Shown in pieces: positions 11,822 to 23,884 of a stretch of DNA of 64,000 bases. Position 1 is the first letter of the stretch. Each line of letters opens with the position of its first letter. This DNA is from Azolla caroliniana. Taxonomy: Eukaryota > Plantae > Polypodiophyta. Under the pieces are notes generated by a model that had not been told where the DNA came from, did no database searches, and was given only the letters and a program-made list of their open reading frames with translations. The DNA is taken from contig JBHGNT010000018.1 in assembly GCA_043228905.1 (NCBI GenBank), positions 11,036,001-11,100,000 on the forward strand. Direction: 5' to 3'. The position numbers and the translations under genes were made by a program.

Positions 11822-12419
11822 TGTTGGGATTTCGGTCCCTCCGGATGGGATGTCCGGAGATGAATGACGGCAAGCCCGCTTGCGGTTACGGAACCGGAGG
11901 ATGAAGAGTACCCGACTACAGAGCCGGATGATGAAGACCCCGGCTACGGAGCCGGATGATGAATGTACCCGGAGAGAGATCCGGATGCGGGGACATATTT
12001 GTGAATATGTTTGCCAAGGGCCCTTGAGGCTATATTTGTAAATAGCCCGAAAGTCATATGTGTATAAATATGACTTAGGGCAAACAGTTGTTGTTGTTGC
12101 TCACATTTTCTGTTTTCACTTAGAGGGAGTGAAGAGAGCAGCCGAGAGAGAGATAGAGAGAGAGACGAAGAGGTCGTTGCCTCTGTGTATTACCGCCGAC
12201 TGTGGCGAAGACAGTGAGCTCAAGGTTGTCGCCTTGTAGCTTCACCATTGTACATCTCTGTTTATAGTGATAGTTGGAGTTTGAGGACTCCCGTGGTTTT
12301 TCCCATTTAGAGTTTTCCACGTAAAACATCCTGTGTACTCTTCTCTCTATTGTCTTCGTGCATTTTGTTTCTGTGAGTTGATCCTATTCCTCGGTTGTGG
12401 CCGAGCACTGTGTTTAACA
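11822..12419 (+). repeat. 3' LTR of intact copia (PPT GAAGGGGGAG at ~11810-11819)
   Basis: Direct repeat of 7110-7707. Confidence 0.97.
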
Positions 12420-13399
12420 GTTTAGGAGGTAACCCATCTAGGAGTTCACTCGGAAAAACATCACGAAAATCATTTACGATTTCATCAAGTTGTTGTTCAA
12501 AATATGTTAATTGAACCGAGACATTATCGATATTGTAAACGTGAATGTCTGGATCAAGTACACAATAAAATAGAGTAGAACAAGACAACTCGGATATTGA
12601 TGGACACGAGGAAACAATCGAGAGGGATTGTTTTTTGACACATTGAATAAAATGAGTATAGTCATTCAGTACAAATGTAATTGAATGATGAACCCAATCA
12701 ATAGATAAAGAAGAGCTTATATTATAGAACCATGGATAACCCACTATTACATCAGTGGTACAAAGATTCATTACATGGAAGTCTACTTCCTCTATATAAG
12801 TGTCAATAAAAATTCCTAATGAATGAATCGCCCCGTTGATGTATTGTACTCTTCCATCAGCCAAGTGCATCGTGTAGGTGTGATCACTTACCGTGGTTTG
12901 GATTCCCTATATCTAAACCAAACGATCATTCACAAAGTTGTGTGAGCTTCCCGAATCAAACAAAAATTGTACGGGATATCCATTGATATACCCGTTTGCA
13001 CGTAGTAAATCATTGGGACTCAATACATAGTGAGGGAAAGAACATTGACAATTACTGAAATCATGTGTATAGACCTGAAGGACATTGGGAATCTAACCTT
13101 TATGGTCTGCAGCTTTAGCTTTGCCGTCATGCTCTTTCCGTTGGAGCTTTCGACATTGTTCTTTTGTGTGACCCCTCTTTTTGCAGAATACGCAAAAAGG
13201 ATGTTGTCGCTTACAATCGCGATCCATGAATTCGTTGGGTGTCTTGCGTTTCCCTACGAATTGCGACTGCTTAGTCTCGGGTACTTCGTTGGGTTTATTG
13301 TGGTCCTTCTTCGAAGTGCGTTGATAGTGAAGAACTATTTAAATGGCCTCTTCAAAGGATTTTGGATCCTTATCGTGCACTATCCAATTCCGGTCGAAT

Positions 13400-13973
13400 G
13401 CCGCTCTGTTTTATGAGCGTAGACTCTATCGTGTACTCCTAAAGAGAGGGGGCGTGGTCGTTGAGGCGGGGTTTCCGCGTAGCGCATTCTTCTATCTGTC
13501 GGGTGATGGATCTACTCAGTGGTCGATCTTGTCGAGTAGTATCTCTGATAAGTTAGTGGCTAGACATCCATTCCTTGTTGCTCAGTTGTTAGGATTCACA
13601 GATCACCAAGCGTGCCAAAAGTGTTACCGGTTAGGAACACAGCTTGCCCTAAGTCCTTCGGGGTGATCGTTGTGCAAGGGAGAGGAGGTTGGCGTAGCGC
13701 GTAGGATGTAGGGACTTATGCAGTAGAGCCTATACAGAAGGCGTAATGGGAGATGGCTACAACCAAGCTCCTAATGTGCGTAAATACGCACATGTACTTC
13801 ACCTTACGCTTACTCGTACACAGTCACGCACAAAGATAAAAGGCCAGAGACAAGAGACAGGAATCAGAGAAGACAGAAGCTATATTAAAAGACACTGCTC
13901 AAAAATGCACTAACCCTTTACAATGTTCATATGCCCTTTATATACACAGGGCCTAGTCGGTTACGCTTCCCGC
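13400..13973 (-). mobile_element. Leader, PBS (13604-13617) and part of the 5' LTR (13622-13973) of a non-chromovirus gypsy related to 33214-42744; LTR resumes at 21496-21595
   Basis: Minus strand ...GTAACA-CTTT-TGGCACGCTTGGTG (tRNA-Arg-type PBS), then ATGGATGTCTAG start context shared with 42328; LTR other end TGTTGTCCGCC at 21595. Confidence 0.7.
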
Positions 13974-14261
13974 TATCATGGTAGTTGTGGTTCGTGCGGC
14001 GAAGTCACATGGAGTAAGGTTAAGGGAAGTTGAAGGAACTTTTATAAGGCTTACACACAAATGTTAGGAAGATTAAGGATAAGAAGAATAAGAGTTTAAA
14101 GTAATATGTGTGTGTGAGAGACTAGTATAGATAAAAATAGAGACAATGTATGATTCAAGAAGCAAGATAGAGACAAAGTATGATTTAAGACAAAAAAGTA
14201 TATGATATGAACATGATGTATAACCAACTTTACAATTCTTGATAGCAAGATGAACTCTTTC

Positions 14262-14330
14262 TCTACCGACTCTTGATTTGAACCCTTGACTCCAACTTGG
14301 AAACACGAGCCTCTTCACCAATAAGCTAAT
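14262..14330 (-). promoter_or_regulatory. tRNA-like A/B-box cassette in LTR (copy at ~20965-21032)
   Basis: TAGCTTATTGGTGAAGAG...GGAGTCAAGGGTTC(A/G)AATC. Confidence 0.6.
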
Positions 14331-14605
14331 TTATTTGATTGATTATGTTATTTTCTAATTTTCTCTTGCTTGATTCCCCTCTTGTTTTCCTTACCCCTCT
14401 TTATATAAGTATTGTCATGCATATGGTATTTGTGTGGGAGGATGGCATGCATGCAATGCATGACTTTCATGTGATGCATGATCGCCATTTGGCATACATG
14501 CATTACATGTGATGCATGATAGCCATGATGCTCATTTGAGCTCTCATGTATGAAAATAGATATAGGATAAGTACAATGATGGAAATATATCTTCTAAAAC
14601 AAATA

Positions 14606-14800
14606 ACCTAGTTTAGTGATGTATACCTTGTGCTTCGTATACAAGGTTGAGGGTTCAAGTCTCTCAATTTTACTCCATACAACATCTAGCTCCATTCTTA
14701 TATCATGAAACATATTCTTTATAATACCTTTAAAAATGAATAACCTAGCCTAGGGGTATGTATATTATACTTCATATATAAGGGTGTGGGTTCAAGTCTC
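14606..14800 (+). promoter_or_regulatory. Two tRNA-like A/B-box cassettes in LTR (one retained at 21310-21366)
   Basis: TAG(C/T)TTAGTG(G/A)...CCTTGT/ACAAGG stem...GAGGG-TTCAAGT-CTCTC T-arm; second TAGCCTAGGGG...GGGTTCAAGTC. Confidence 0.6.
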
Positions 14801-14916
14801 TCAAATACTACTAAATACGATATTTAAGTTCATTTTTATATCGTGAAGCACATTCTTCACGACACCCACCCCCTCTGAACTTGCACATTGGTTGTGCAAA
14901 GTTCATCCAACACTTC

Positions 14917-17900
14917 TTATGATTCTTTTAGTTCTTCTACTTCTTCATAAAATTCAGGCTCTAGTGACTCCCTCCTTTTAAATATTTTAATCATTTTTCC
15001 TGCAATTGGGATACGAATTTTTGTCCCATCTAATTCATTGAGGAAATATGTGGCCTTATCTGTTATTTTCCTAACTTCATAAGGTCCAAACCATCTTTTT
15101 GTGAACTTCTGAATAGTACTGTATTGATTATCTAGGCTACTATCATATACTAATACCCAATCTCCCTCTTGCACATTCCTTGGTCATATTCTTTTTATCT
15201 TGTCAAATCTATCCTTATTCTTGATTCTTGCCTCTTTCAATCTAGTAGCTGGGTTCTATCCTGGATTGAAGTTGTCGTATCCGAATAGCAAGTAAATCTT
15301 CCCTTCTCATTTCTGATTCCCTAGGAAACACAACCCATGTAGTTATCTTTTCTTCAATTGGCATTATCGGCTTCTGTCCTGTGATTAATTCTGCAGGCAT
15401 ATATCCAATAACAGTGCTATGAGTTGTCCTATCAGCCCATATTGCATAGGGTAAGACTTTTGGTCAATCACTAACCCATCCTTTACATGCCTTTGCTAAA
15501 GCTTTGACTATTGGCCCATGTCCCCTTTCTATCTTTCCATTAGCTTCCGGATTGTATGCCGTTGTCAAAGGTAGCCGAATCCCTATTTTGTCGAAAAAAT
15601 CTTGAGCTTCTGTAGAATTGAGCTCTCCCCTATCTACTACTATCTTCCCGATACATCCATATCTACAAACAATGTCCTCCAAGATGAATTGACATACTCC
15701 TAATGTCTCTTTTGTTCGCAGTGCACGTCCTTCCACTTGATTTGTTAGATCTTCTCTTGCAAGAACCAAGTATCTTTTTTGTCCTACTCCAAGTGGCATT
15801 GTTACCAAATCTATCATCCACTTGTAATGCACCCCCGGTGAGTATGTTGGGTGTAACTCATCACAAAATTTTACATTTGAATAATATTGACAAGTGGGAC
15901 AAGTTTCCACATACTTTTTTATTTGCTCATAGTATCGAGGCACCAAAACCGTTCTTTAATCTTATTGAAAGTGGCCCACACTCCTCGATGACTAGCCCAT
16001 TCTTTGTCATGTAGCTCTCTAATTATCTCCTTCTTTTCATCTTGTCAAATTTGTTCTTATTCTTGATTCTTGCCTCTTTCAATCTAGTAGTTGCTTTTTC
16101 TATGTCTTCTGTCCTTGATTGAAGTTGTCGTATTCGAACCGCAAGTAAATCTTCCCTACTCATTTCTGATTCCCAAGGCAACACAGCCCATGTAGTTATC
16201 TTTTCTTCAATTGACATTATTGGCTTCTGTCCTGTGATTAATTCTACAGGCATATATCCAGTAACAGTGCTGTGATTTGTCCTATCAGCCCATAGTGCAT
16301 AGGGTAAGGTTTTTGGCCAAGCACTGACCCGTCCTGTACATGCCTTTGCCAAAGCTTTGACTATTGGCCCATGTCCCCTTTCTACCTTTCCATTAGCTTC
16401 TGGATTGTACGCCGTTGTCAAAGAAAGCCGAATTCCTATTTTGTCGAAAAAATCTTGAGCTTCCGCAGAATTGAGTTCTCCCCTATCTGCCACTATCTTC
16501 CTGATACATCCATATCTACAAACAATGTCCTCCAAGATGAATTGACATACTCCTAATGTCCCTTTTGTTCGCAATGAATGGCCTTCCACTTGATTTGTTA
16601 GATCTTCTCTAGCAAGAACCAAGTATCTCTTTTGTCCTACTCCAAGTGGCATTGTTACCAAATCTATCATCCACTTGTAATACAACCCCGTTGAGTATGT
16701 TGGGTGTAATTCATCACAAAATTTTTACGTTTGAATAATATTGACAAGTGGGACAAGTTTCCACATACTTTTTTATTTGCTCATAATATCGAGGCCACCA
16801 AAATCGTTCTTTAATCTTACTGAAAGTGGCCCACACTCCTCGATGACCAGCCCATTCTTTGTCATGCAGCTCTCTGATTATCTCCTTTCTTTGCCCTTCG
16901 GAACCTATTACTCTTTGTGGGTTTCCTATCTTGGTCTTCGGATGTCGCCATAGATATCCTTCATGTAGGAAGAACTTATGGGATTTCTTGCGAAACTGTG
17001 CGAACTCTTTTCCAGACCGATCTTTATACTTGTCAAGGGTCTGTAGATACTTCCCTATTTCCTTGAATTCTTCTTCATACTCCTCTTCTAGAAACGGCAT
17101 TCCTCCTTCCCGGGTAATGCTTGTGGTGAAGAATGTTTGTTCTTTGTCCTCATCGTTCGATTCTGGAATCTCCTCTTCCTTATACCTTGCTCTTGATAAC
17201 ATATCTGCTACTTCATTTCTATTCCCAGAGATATGTCTAACTTCAGGGTTGACTGATCTAATATAGATACACCATCTTAACATGGCTTGATCTGGAATAT
17301 CACAATTAGCTATGATACCAAGAATAGGCAAACAATTTGTTTCTATTATTACTTCAGCACCAATTAAGTAATCTCTATCTGTCTTAACTGTTGTTACTAC
17401 CCCCCATAGCTCTCTTTTGACCTGTGCATATTTTCTTTGTCAACCACTAAAAAACTTCGCTTCGAATCGGACTTTCTTCCCCATCTTGTTGGCTTATCAC
17501 CCATCCAATTCCAATGGGACTAGAGTCTACTGTGAGATATATGGGCCGGGTGTAGTTAGGTTGCTTTAATGGTGGAGCTTGTGCCAAGTAAGACTTCAAT
17601 TTCCTCATTGCCTCCGAGTGCTCTTCACTCCATTCAAATGTTTCTCCTTTTCTTAGTAGTCTGTATAAAGGTTCAGATAAATGGGCATAATGCGGAATCC
17701 ATCTACAGTAAAAAAACACATACCCCTAGAAACCTTCATACTTTTGAGATGGATGTACATTCCTCTTGCATGTTTTGAACTGCATTGACCTTGGTGGGGG
17801 ATGGCTTTCTCCCATACGGACCACACAAATGACCAACTATTAATATCTCTTTTGCCCCAAATATTGATTTCACCCCTAATAAGGTCAAATGCACTTCTTC

Positions 17901-20617
17901 CATCCTTGATAGTATCTTCTCACAATCCTTGATATGGTCGGCAATGAATTGTTGGCAACCATCTTCGTCGAATTCCTCATTCTTCTCTTCCTCCTTGCAT
18001 CCCTTAATTGGAACATCATCTAAAAAAGGCATTGTAATATGAGGAATAAAATCACAAAGTACCTTGTTCATTCCATTCATCATATGCGCCACTAAGTTGG
18101 TTGCTCCTTGCAGCAAGGTACACATCCGTATTAACCTTATAGGTGTCTTGATAGAAGTAATATCTCGACTTTTGATAGCAAGTTGAAATTGATCATACCC
18201 GGAATAAAGATTTCCCATTGAATATATAGCTCTTCCTGCAAACATCTTAGCAAACTCATCCACAATTGGCCCTACTCCCGAGTTTCGGATTGTTACCTTA
18301 TTCACGGGTTGCATATCTTGGATAAATCGGAGCCGTCCATCTTTCTTTAACACAGTGAACCATCGACTCAAGTAAGGAGCGTTCGATAGTTCCAAGATAC
18401 CCATCCTTACCTTTCTTTCAGAAGTTCTAATAGTTGAGGGATTCTAGCCCTAGGCATAGGTATTGGCTTAAAGTTCCACGGAATATGAGGGATAGTGAAT
18501 ATAACCATGGGCTCTACAATTCCTGGATCCACACACCCTATTTCCTCAGGTTGGAACGGGAACGCCTTTCCATGCCTTTTTAACATCTCCCTGAATTGCT
18601 TTTCTTCAATTGGTAATAGGAAGTCACCCTCTCCTATTTTCATCCCTTGTATTGTTTTTGGAGTAAACACATGTCCCACCTTTCGTGGGTCTCTAATCAT
18701 TGGCTCTGTGGTTGCTTCTTTGATGGCCCTTTCACTATCCCCTGGAAGTGGAGCAACAATAGGACGAACCTTCTTCTCCACTGTTTTGTACTTTGTTAAG
18801 ACATGTGCCTCATGATCCTTTCGAGCAACTTCTTCAATGACCTCGTACATCTTGATCGAATGGACAGGAACTTGAATTTTGTTGTCGTCTTCCATTGCTT
18901 CCAGATGATTTATTGTATCTTCAAAACTTAATTCTTCAAACATATCCTGAATTTCTTCATCATCCTCTATTAATCCAGAACACTTAAAGTACTCGAAAGC
19001 ATTTTGTATTTTATTATTATCTACTTTTAGCATAAAAGTAACACCACTAGATGAGATTGTACAAGGAATATCTTTATTTACATTATTATTTATGGGGTTT
19101 TCTTTCATGTCCGGGCTATCACAACCCCCACCTGTAAAAGCCCTATCTAAAAATCCTAGGAAAATTCTTCATCCACCTCCCAAACTGGATGTTCCCTCAA
19201 GCATTCTTTATTTCTTTTGTGGTTGGGCCTCACAGTTAAGAATTGGATTGTCTTTCTTCCATCTTGACTCTTGATTCATCAATCACCTTTGTTTCCATCT
19301 TGACTGCAGTGATGTAAGGCTGACCAAGGATGACGGGGTAGGTTGATCGATCTTGCACAAAGAATTTTTGATTCACCGACATATCACCAATTGTTACCTT
19401 CACATTGGGGCATGCTTCAAATAGATCCTCCATAGTCTCTGTGGCAGCTCTTATCTTCCACCCATGATTCTTGTTGATCGACCACCGTCCTTGAGCGTAA
19501 AATTTTGACGACATCATGTTAATCTCGGATCCATGATCGATCAAAGCAATACATGGAATTTGTTGCTCCCCAATTTTTGCAGGTGCCTCCCTTGTTGCTT
19601 GAACCCAATGGTTCCTTGTATAGTGACTCCTATCCTCTTCATGAACCCCAACTTCTTTTTTTATTTTTACACTTGCAACGTTAATGGTACGACCATACAA
19701 ATCTCGAAGTGTTGCTGCACACCCTCCCGTAACTTCCTCCATCACTTGTCTCTTTCTTCTAATAATATCTATGATAACTTCATGAAATTCGTTCTTTGTT
19801 ATACCCAACACTTCTCTTAAAGTAAATTCTACCTTACTATTTAATATTCTTGTTTCTAATACCTTTTATATATCCTTCGTTGTTTCTATGTCTGAAGCAA
19901 GCTTGAAAGATGGGCCTATCTTCCCTTTTACTCTATCAGCTTCCTTCGTCTCAAGAGCACCCTTTTCCATATCCCTTCTCTTTTGTTCTCGTTTCTCATG
20001 TTTCTTTGCCGGATCAGGCTCCTCAGCTCTCTTTCACTTCTCTTCCACTAGTACCTCTTGTGCATTGACTCGGGCAAATGCTGATAAACCCTAAACCCTA
20101 CGTCCACTGGATCATTCCATCCAGTGAATTTCCGTATTAAATCTCTTGCTCTTTTTAATTCATCCACTCTAACCTTCCCTTTTCTTGCATAATCCATCAC
20201 ATCTTGCCAAAAGCCAGATCCACCATATGAGTCTTCTACACGCAACCCTAACGTTGCGATGGATTGTATCGCTTGAGTTGTTTCTCTCTCGGCATCTTCC
20301 ATTCCCCCTCGCCCGAAGTTGAGTTGAAGCGGTTGTCGAGTCTCTGTCGAGTGAATCTTACCATCTTGATAATGGATTCTTTGTTGTAGCCCAATCGTAG
20401 AGACTCGACTAAAGCTATTAATTTTGGCAGCTTCGTCGACACCAGGTTTAAGCATTTCTTCATCGTAAATCTTTAGAAATTTTGTTAAATTTATACCTTC
20501 GAAGATTCCTACTCGTGCCAAAATATTGTCGACGGCTTTGTCGATGCTTGCCATCATCCCTTGCTCTCGCATCATTCGTTCCATCATCGTACACATAAGC
20601 CTCATTTGCTCCTCCAT
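14917..20617 (-). pseudogene. gag-pol: gag-PR-RT-RH-INT with stops, a gag deletion and a tandem integrase duplication
   Basis: IDHGSEIN protease, QGATN/FLDD, VDSSPIG; two integrase cores (15464-15946 and 16023-16685). Confidence 0.9.
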
Positions 20618-21611
20618 TTTTCCTTCACGCCGCCTTCACGTTAGGTTCACCAAATGTATCGGGGTAATTGTGGTTTGTGCGGCGAAGTCACAAGGACTAA
20701 GGTTAAGGGGAGTTGAAGAAACTTTTATAAGGCTTGCACACAAATGTTAGGAAGATTAAGGATAAGAAGAAAAAGAGTTTAAAGTAATATGTGAGAGAGA
20801 GAGACTAGTATAGATAAAAGATAGAGACAATGTATGATTCAAGAAGCAAGATAGAGACAAAGTATGATTTAAGACAAAATGGTATATGATATGAACATGA
20901 TGCATATTACGAATACAAGATTTTACCAACTTTACAATGCTTGATAGCAAGATGAACTCTTTCTCTACCGACTCTTGATTCGAACCCTTGACTCCAACTT
21001 GGAAACACGAGCCTCTTCACCAATAAACTAATTTATTTGTTTGATTATAGTATTTTCTAACTTTCTCTTGCTTGATTCCCCTCTTGTTTTCCTTACCCCT
21101 CTTTATATAAGTATTGTCATGCATATGGTAATGTGTGGGAGGATGGCATGCATGCAATGCATGACTTTCATGTGATGCATGATGCTCATTAGGCGTACAT
21201 GCATTACATGTGATGCATGATAGCCATGATGCTCATTTGAGCTCTCATGTATGAAAATAGATATAGGATAAGTACAATGATGGAAATATACATTTTAAAA
21301 CAAATAACCTAGCTTAGTGGTGTATACCTTGTGCTTGGTATACAAGGTTGAGGGTTCAAGTCTCTCAATTTTACTCCATACAACATTTAGCTTCATTATT
21401 ATATCATGCAATATATTCTTTATAATACCTTTATTTTACTACTAAATACAATATTTTAGTTCATTTTTATATCGTGAAGCACATTCTTCACGACACCCCA
21501 TGAACTGTTACACGCGTTACTTCAACGCTTCTATTATAATTAATACGTTTCTTTATTATGTGTTATTTACGTTTGTCCTGTTATGGCGGACAACACTAAA
21601 TAGTTGTGATT

Positions 21612-22905
21612 GATAGCTAATTAGCTATCCTAGTAGCTAATTAGTTGGTAATAGATAAATTAGCTATTGGGAATAGCTAGTTAGCTAAGTGGTAGCTAAT
21701 AGTCATATGCAGCTAATTAGCTATGATTGGTACCTAATTAGCTATTCTAGTAGCTAATTAGCTGGTAATAACTAAATTAGCTATTGGGAATAGCTAGTTA
21801 GCTAATATGGTAGCTAATTAGCTATAGTCATAGGCAACTAATTAGCTATTCTGGTAACTAAATAGCTATGATTGGTAGCGAATTAGCTATTTTGGTTGCT
21901 AATTTGCTATCCTGGCAGGTAAATAGCTAGTAATAGCTAAATTAGTTGGAAATAACTAATTAGCTATTGGGAATAGTTAGTGAGCTATTCTAGTAGCTAA
22001 TTAGCTGGTAATAAATTAGCTATCCTGGCAGCTAATTAGCTATAGTCATATGCAACTAATTAGCTAGTTAACTAGTTAGCTAGTTAGCTATTTTGGTAGC
22101 TAATTAGCTAGTCATACACAACTAATTAGCTATTGTGGTAGTTAAATAGCTATGCTCATATTCTTAGGTAGCTAATTACCTATTCTGGTAGGTAAATAGC
22201 TACAGTCAAAGGCAACTAATTAGCTATTCTGGTAGTTAATTTGTTGTGAGCGCTAGCTAATTTGCTATGATTGGTAATTAGCTGGTAATAACTAAATTAG
22301 CTATTAGGAATAGCTAGTTAGCTATTCTGGTAGCTAATTAGCTATAGTCATACATAGTTAATTAGCTATTCTAGTAGCTAAATAGCTATGCTCATATTCT
22401 TAGGTAGCTAATCAGCTATTCTGGTAGCTAATTAGCTATAGTCATAAGAAGCTAATTAGCTAATATGGTAGCTAATTAGCTATTGTCATACGCAGCTAAT
22501 TAACTATTGTGGTAGCTAAATAGCTATGATTGGTAGCTAATTAGCTATTCTGGTTGCTAAATAACTATGATTGGTAGCTAATTAGCTATTTTGGTTGCTA
22601 AATAACTATGTTCGATATTCTTAGGTAGCTAATTAACTATTCTAGTGGCAAATTAGCTAGTGGCAATCGCTATTAAGCTATTACTAGTAGCTAGTTAGCT
22701 ATGGTCATATTCTGAGATAGCTAATTAGCTATTACTGGTAGCTAGTTAGCTATGGTAATATTCTGAGGTAGCTAATTAGCTATTCTGGTAGCTAATTAGC
22801 TATTACTTGTAGCTAGTTAGCTATTATTGGTAGATAGCTAGCTATGGTCATATTCTGATGTAGGTAATTAGCTATTCTGGTTATTCGGAGGTAGCTAATA
22901 AGCTA
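21612..22905. repeat. TAGCTA / TAGCTAATTAGCTA palindromic minisatellite
   Basis: Many dozens of degenerate TAGCTA hexamers in ~20-25 bp units over ~1.3 kb; motif recurs near 25090-25120. Confidence 0.92.
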
Positions 22906-22954
22906 ACAAACTAAGCTCAAAAGTCAAAACAAATGTTGAGATAAATGTAAATAC

Positions 22955-23731
22955 CTAAGGTACATCAAGAAGATGAATGGGATGCTCCTCATATTGACTC
23001 CTTCCAATAAATTTCGTGCATAAATCCTTCTTATTGGGTGAAACCCTACTCTCATTAGTCCAAAATATTGTGATTATATCCTTGATTTCTAATGTTATGG
23101 GTATCATTGGCTTACATCTTGTTGTCAGCTTTAGTAGGCTAGTTCCTTCACCTGAGGAAACTATCTGATTCAATGTATTGTACACACTTTTTCTACTAAC
23201 ACCAATTACCTTAGATAGCACACTGATGTTAATATCGTCAACATCATTAGACTAGACCTTTTTAAGACAAGATCATCTTCTGACCTGCTCATGGATACGA
23301 AACTATTACGGAGATTATTTACTAGTACAGATGTTATGTTTGCATTAAGACCATCACAATCAACTAACTCCTTTATCGATGGATCATTTAATATTCCATA
23401 ATGTACTACCTTCTTGTCTTCATTGCTGATGTGCTTGGTTTGAACATTGAAATAGTCTACAACCTTTCTCTCTATGATAGTAGTCTCATGACTTCCATTC
23501 TCAGTGATATTTAGACCTATATTGCAACCAATACTATCTTTACCTTTAGTGAGTGTGACTTTCATATCCTTCAACAATTGACGATGTTTTCTTTTTTATT
23601 CTACCCAATACTTTCGTATCGCTTGTTGTGTCCTGATAGCGTCATCCCTATCTTGATGATCATTGGGGGGTAATTCTAAACACCCTCCTTCCCCTTCCAT
23701 TTGGCTTGAAATATTTAAACCATAATTTTCC
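22955..23731 (-). pseudogene. Putative DNA-transposase exon (possibly Sola-like), frameshifted
   Basis: HTH-like IGVSRKSVY and FWTNESRVSPNKKD...HLLDVP motif; bounded by TCTTTTCAG acceptor (~23732) and AG|GTATTT donor (22954). Family assignment from motif memory only. Confidence 0.45.
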
Positions 23732-23884
23732 TGAAAAGAAGACACATATTTAAGATGGCTATGGGCAACAACAATACACAAAAATATTTCGCAATACACA
23801 AGATTATACACAACAATACACAAGATTACACACAACAATACACAAGATAATCAATAGACAAAATAGTTATTGCAATCTAGAACT

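Larger units (their letters stand above)
7110..12419 (+). mobile_element. Intact full-length Ty1/copia, Tnt1/Tork-like
   Basis: Two 598-bp LTRs, perfect TSD GTTTA (7105-7109 / 12420-12424), PBS, PPT, uninterrupted ORF. Removing it restores host DGLPPK|RNIDH. Confidence 0.97.
4051..13400 (-). mobile_element. Degenerate chromovirus (Ty3/gypsy): partial 3' LTR 4051-4365, PPT 4366-4380, chromodomain-INT-RH-RT-PR-gag knuckle; split by copia 7110-12419; 5' end missing
   Basis: LTR begins TGTTACGGG after AAAGAGGGGGAGTA. Chromodomain (KDATWERE...FPNF ~4400-4540), WESISMDFI, LDLRTGYHQIR/FLDD, FDSGSSHNF protease (~12940), CVFCKKRGHTKEQC knuckle (~13150-13195). Many stops and frameshifts. Left-hand 13400 boundary approximate. 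Confidence 0.88.
13974..21495 (-). mobile_element. Full-length degenerate Phygy-like gypsy; LTRs 13974-14864 and 20657-21495
   Basis: Paired LTRs; PPT AGAGGGGGTGGG at 14865-14876; leader CATTTGGTGAACC; imperfect 4-bp TSD CCGC/CCCC; protein homologous to ORF 8-2560. Confidence 0.9.

Noticed and set aside
14262-14800. Functional tRNA genes
   Set aside because: No convincing acceptor stem or canonical anticodon loop; embedded in LTRs.
20085-20100. TAAACCCTAAACCCTA telomere-like motif
   Set aside because: Only two units inside a degraded gag; likely a small local duplication.
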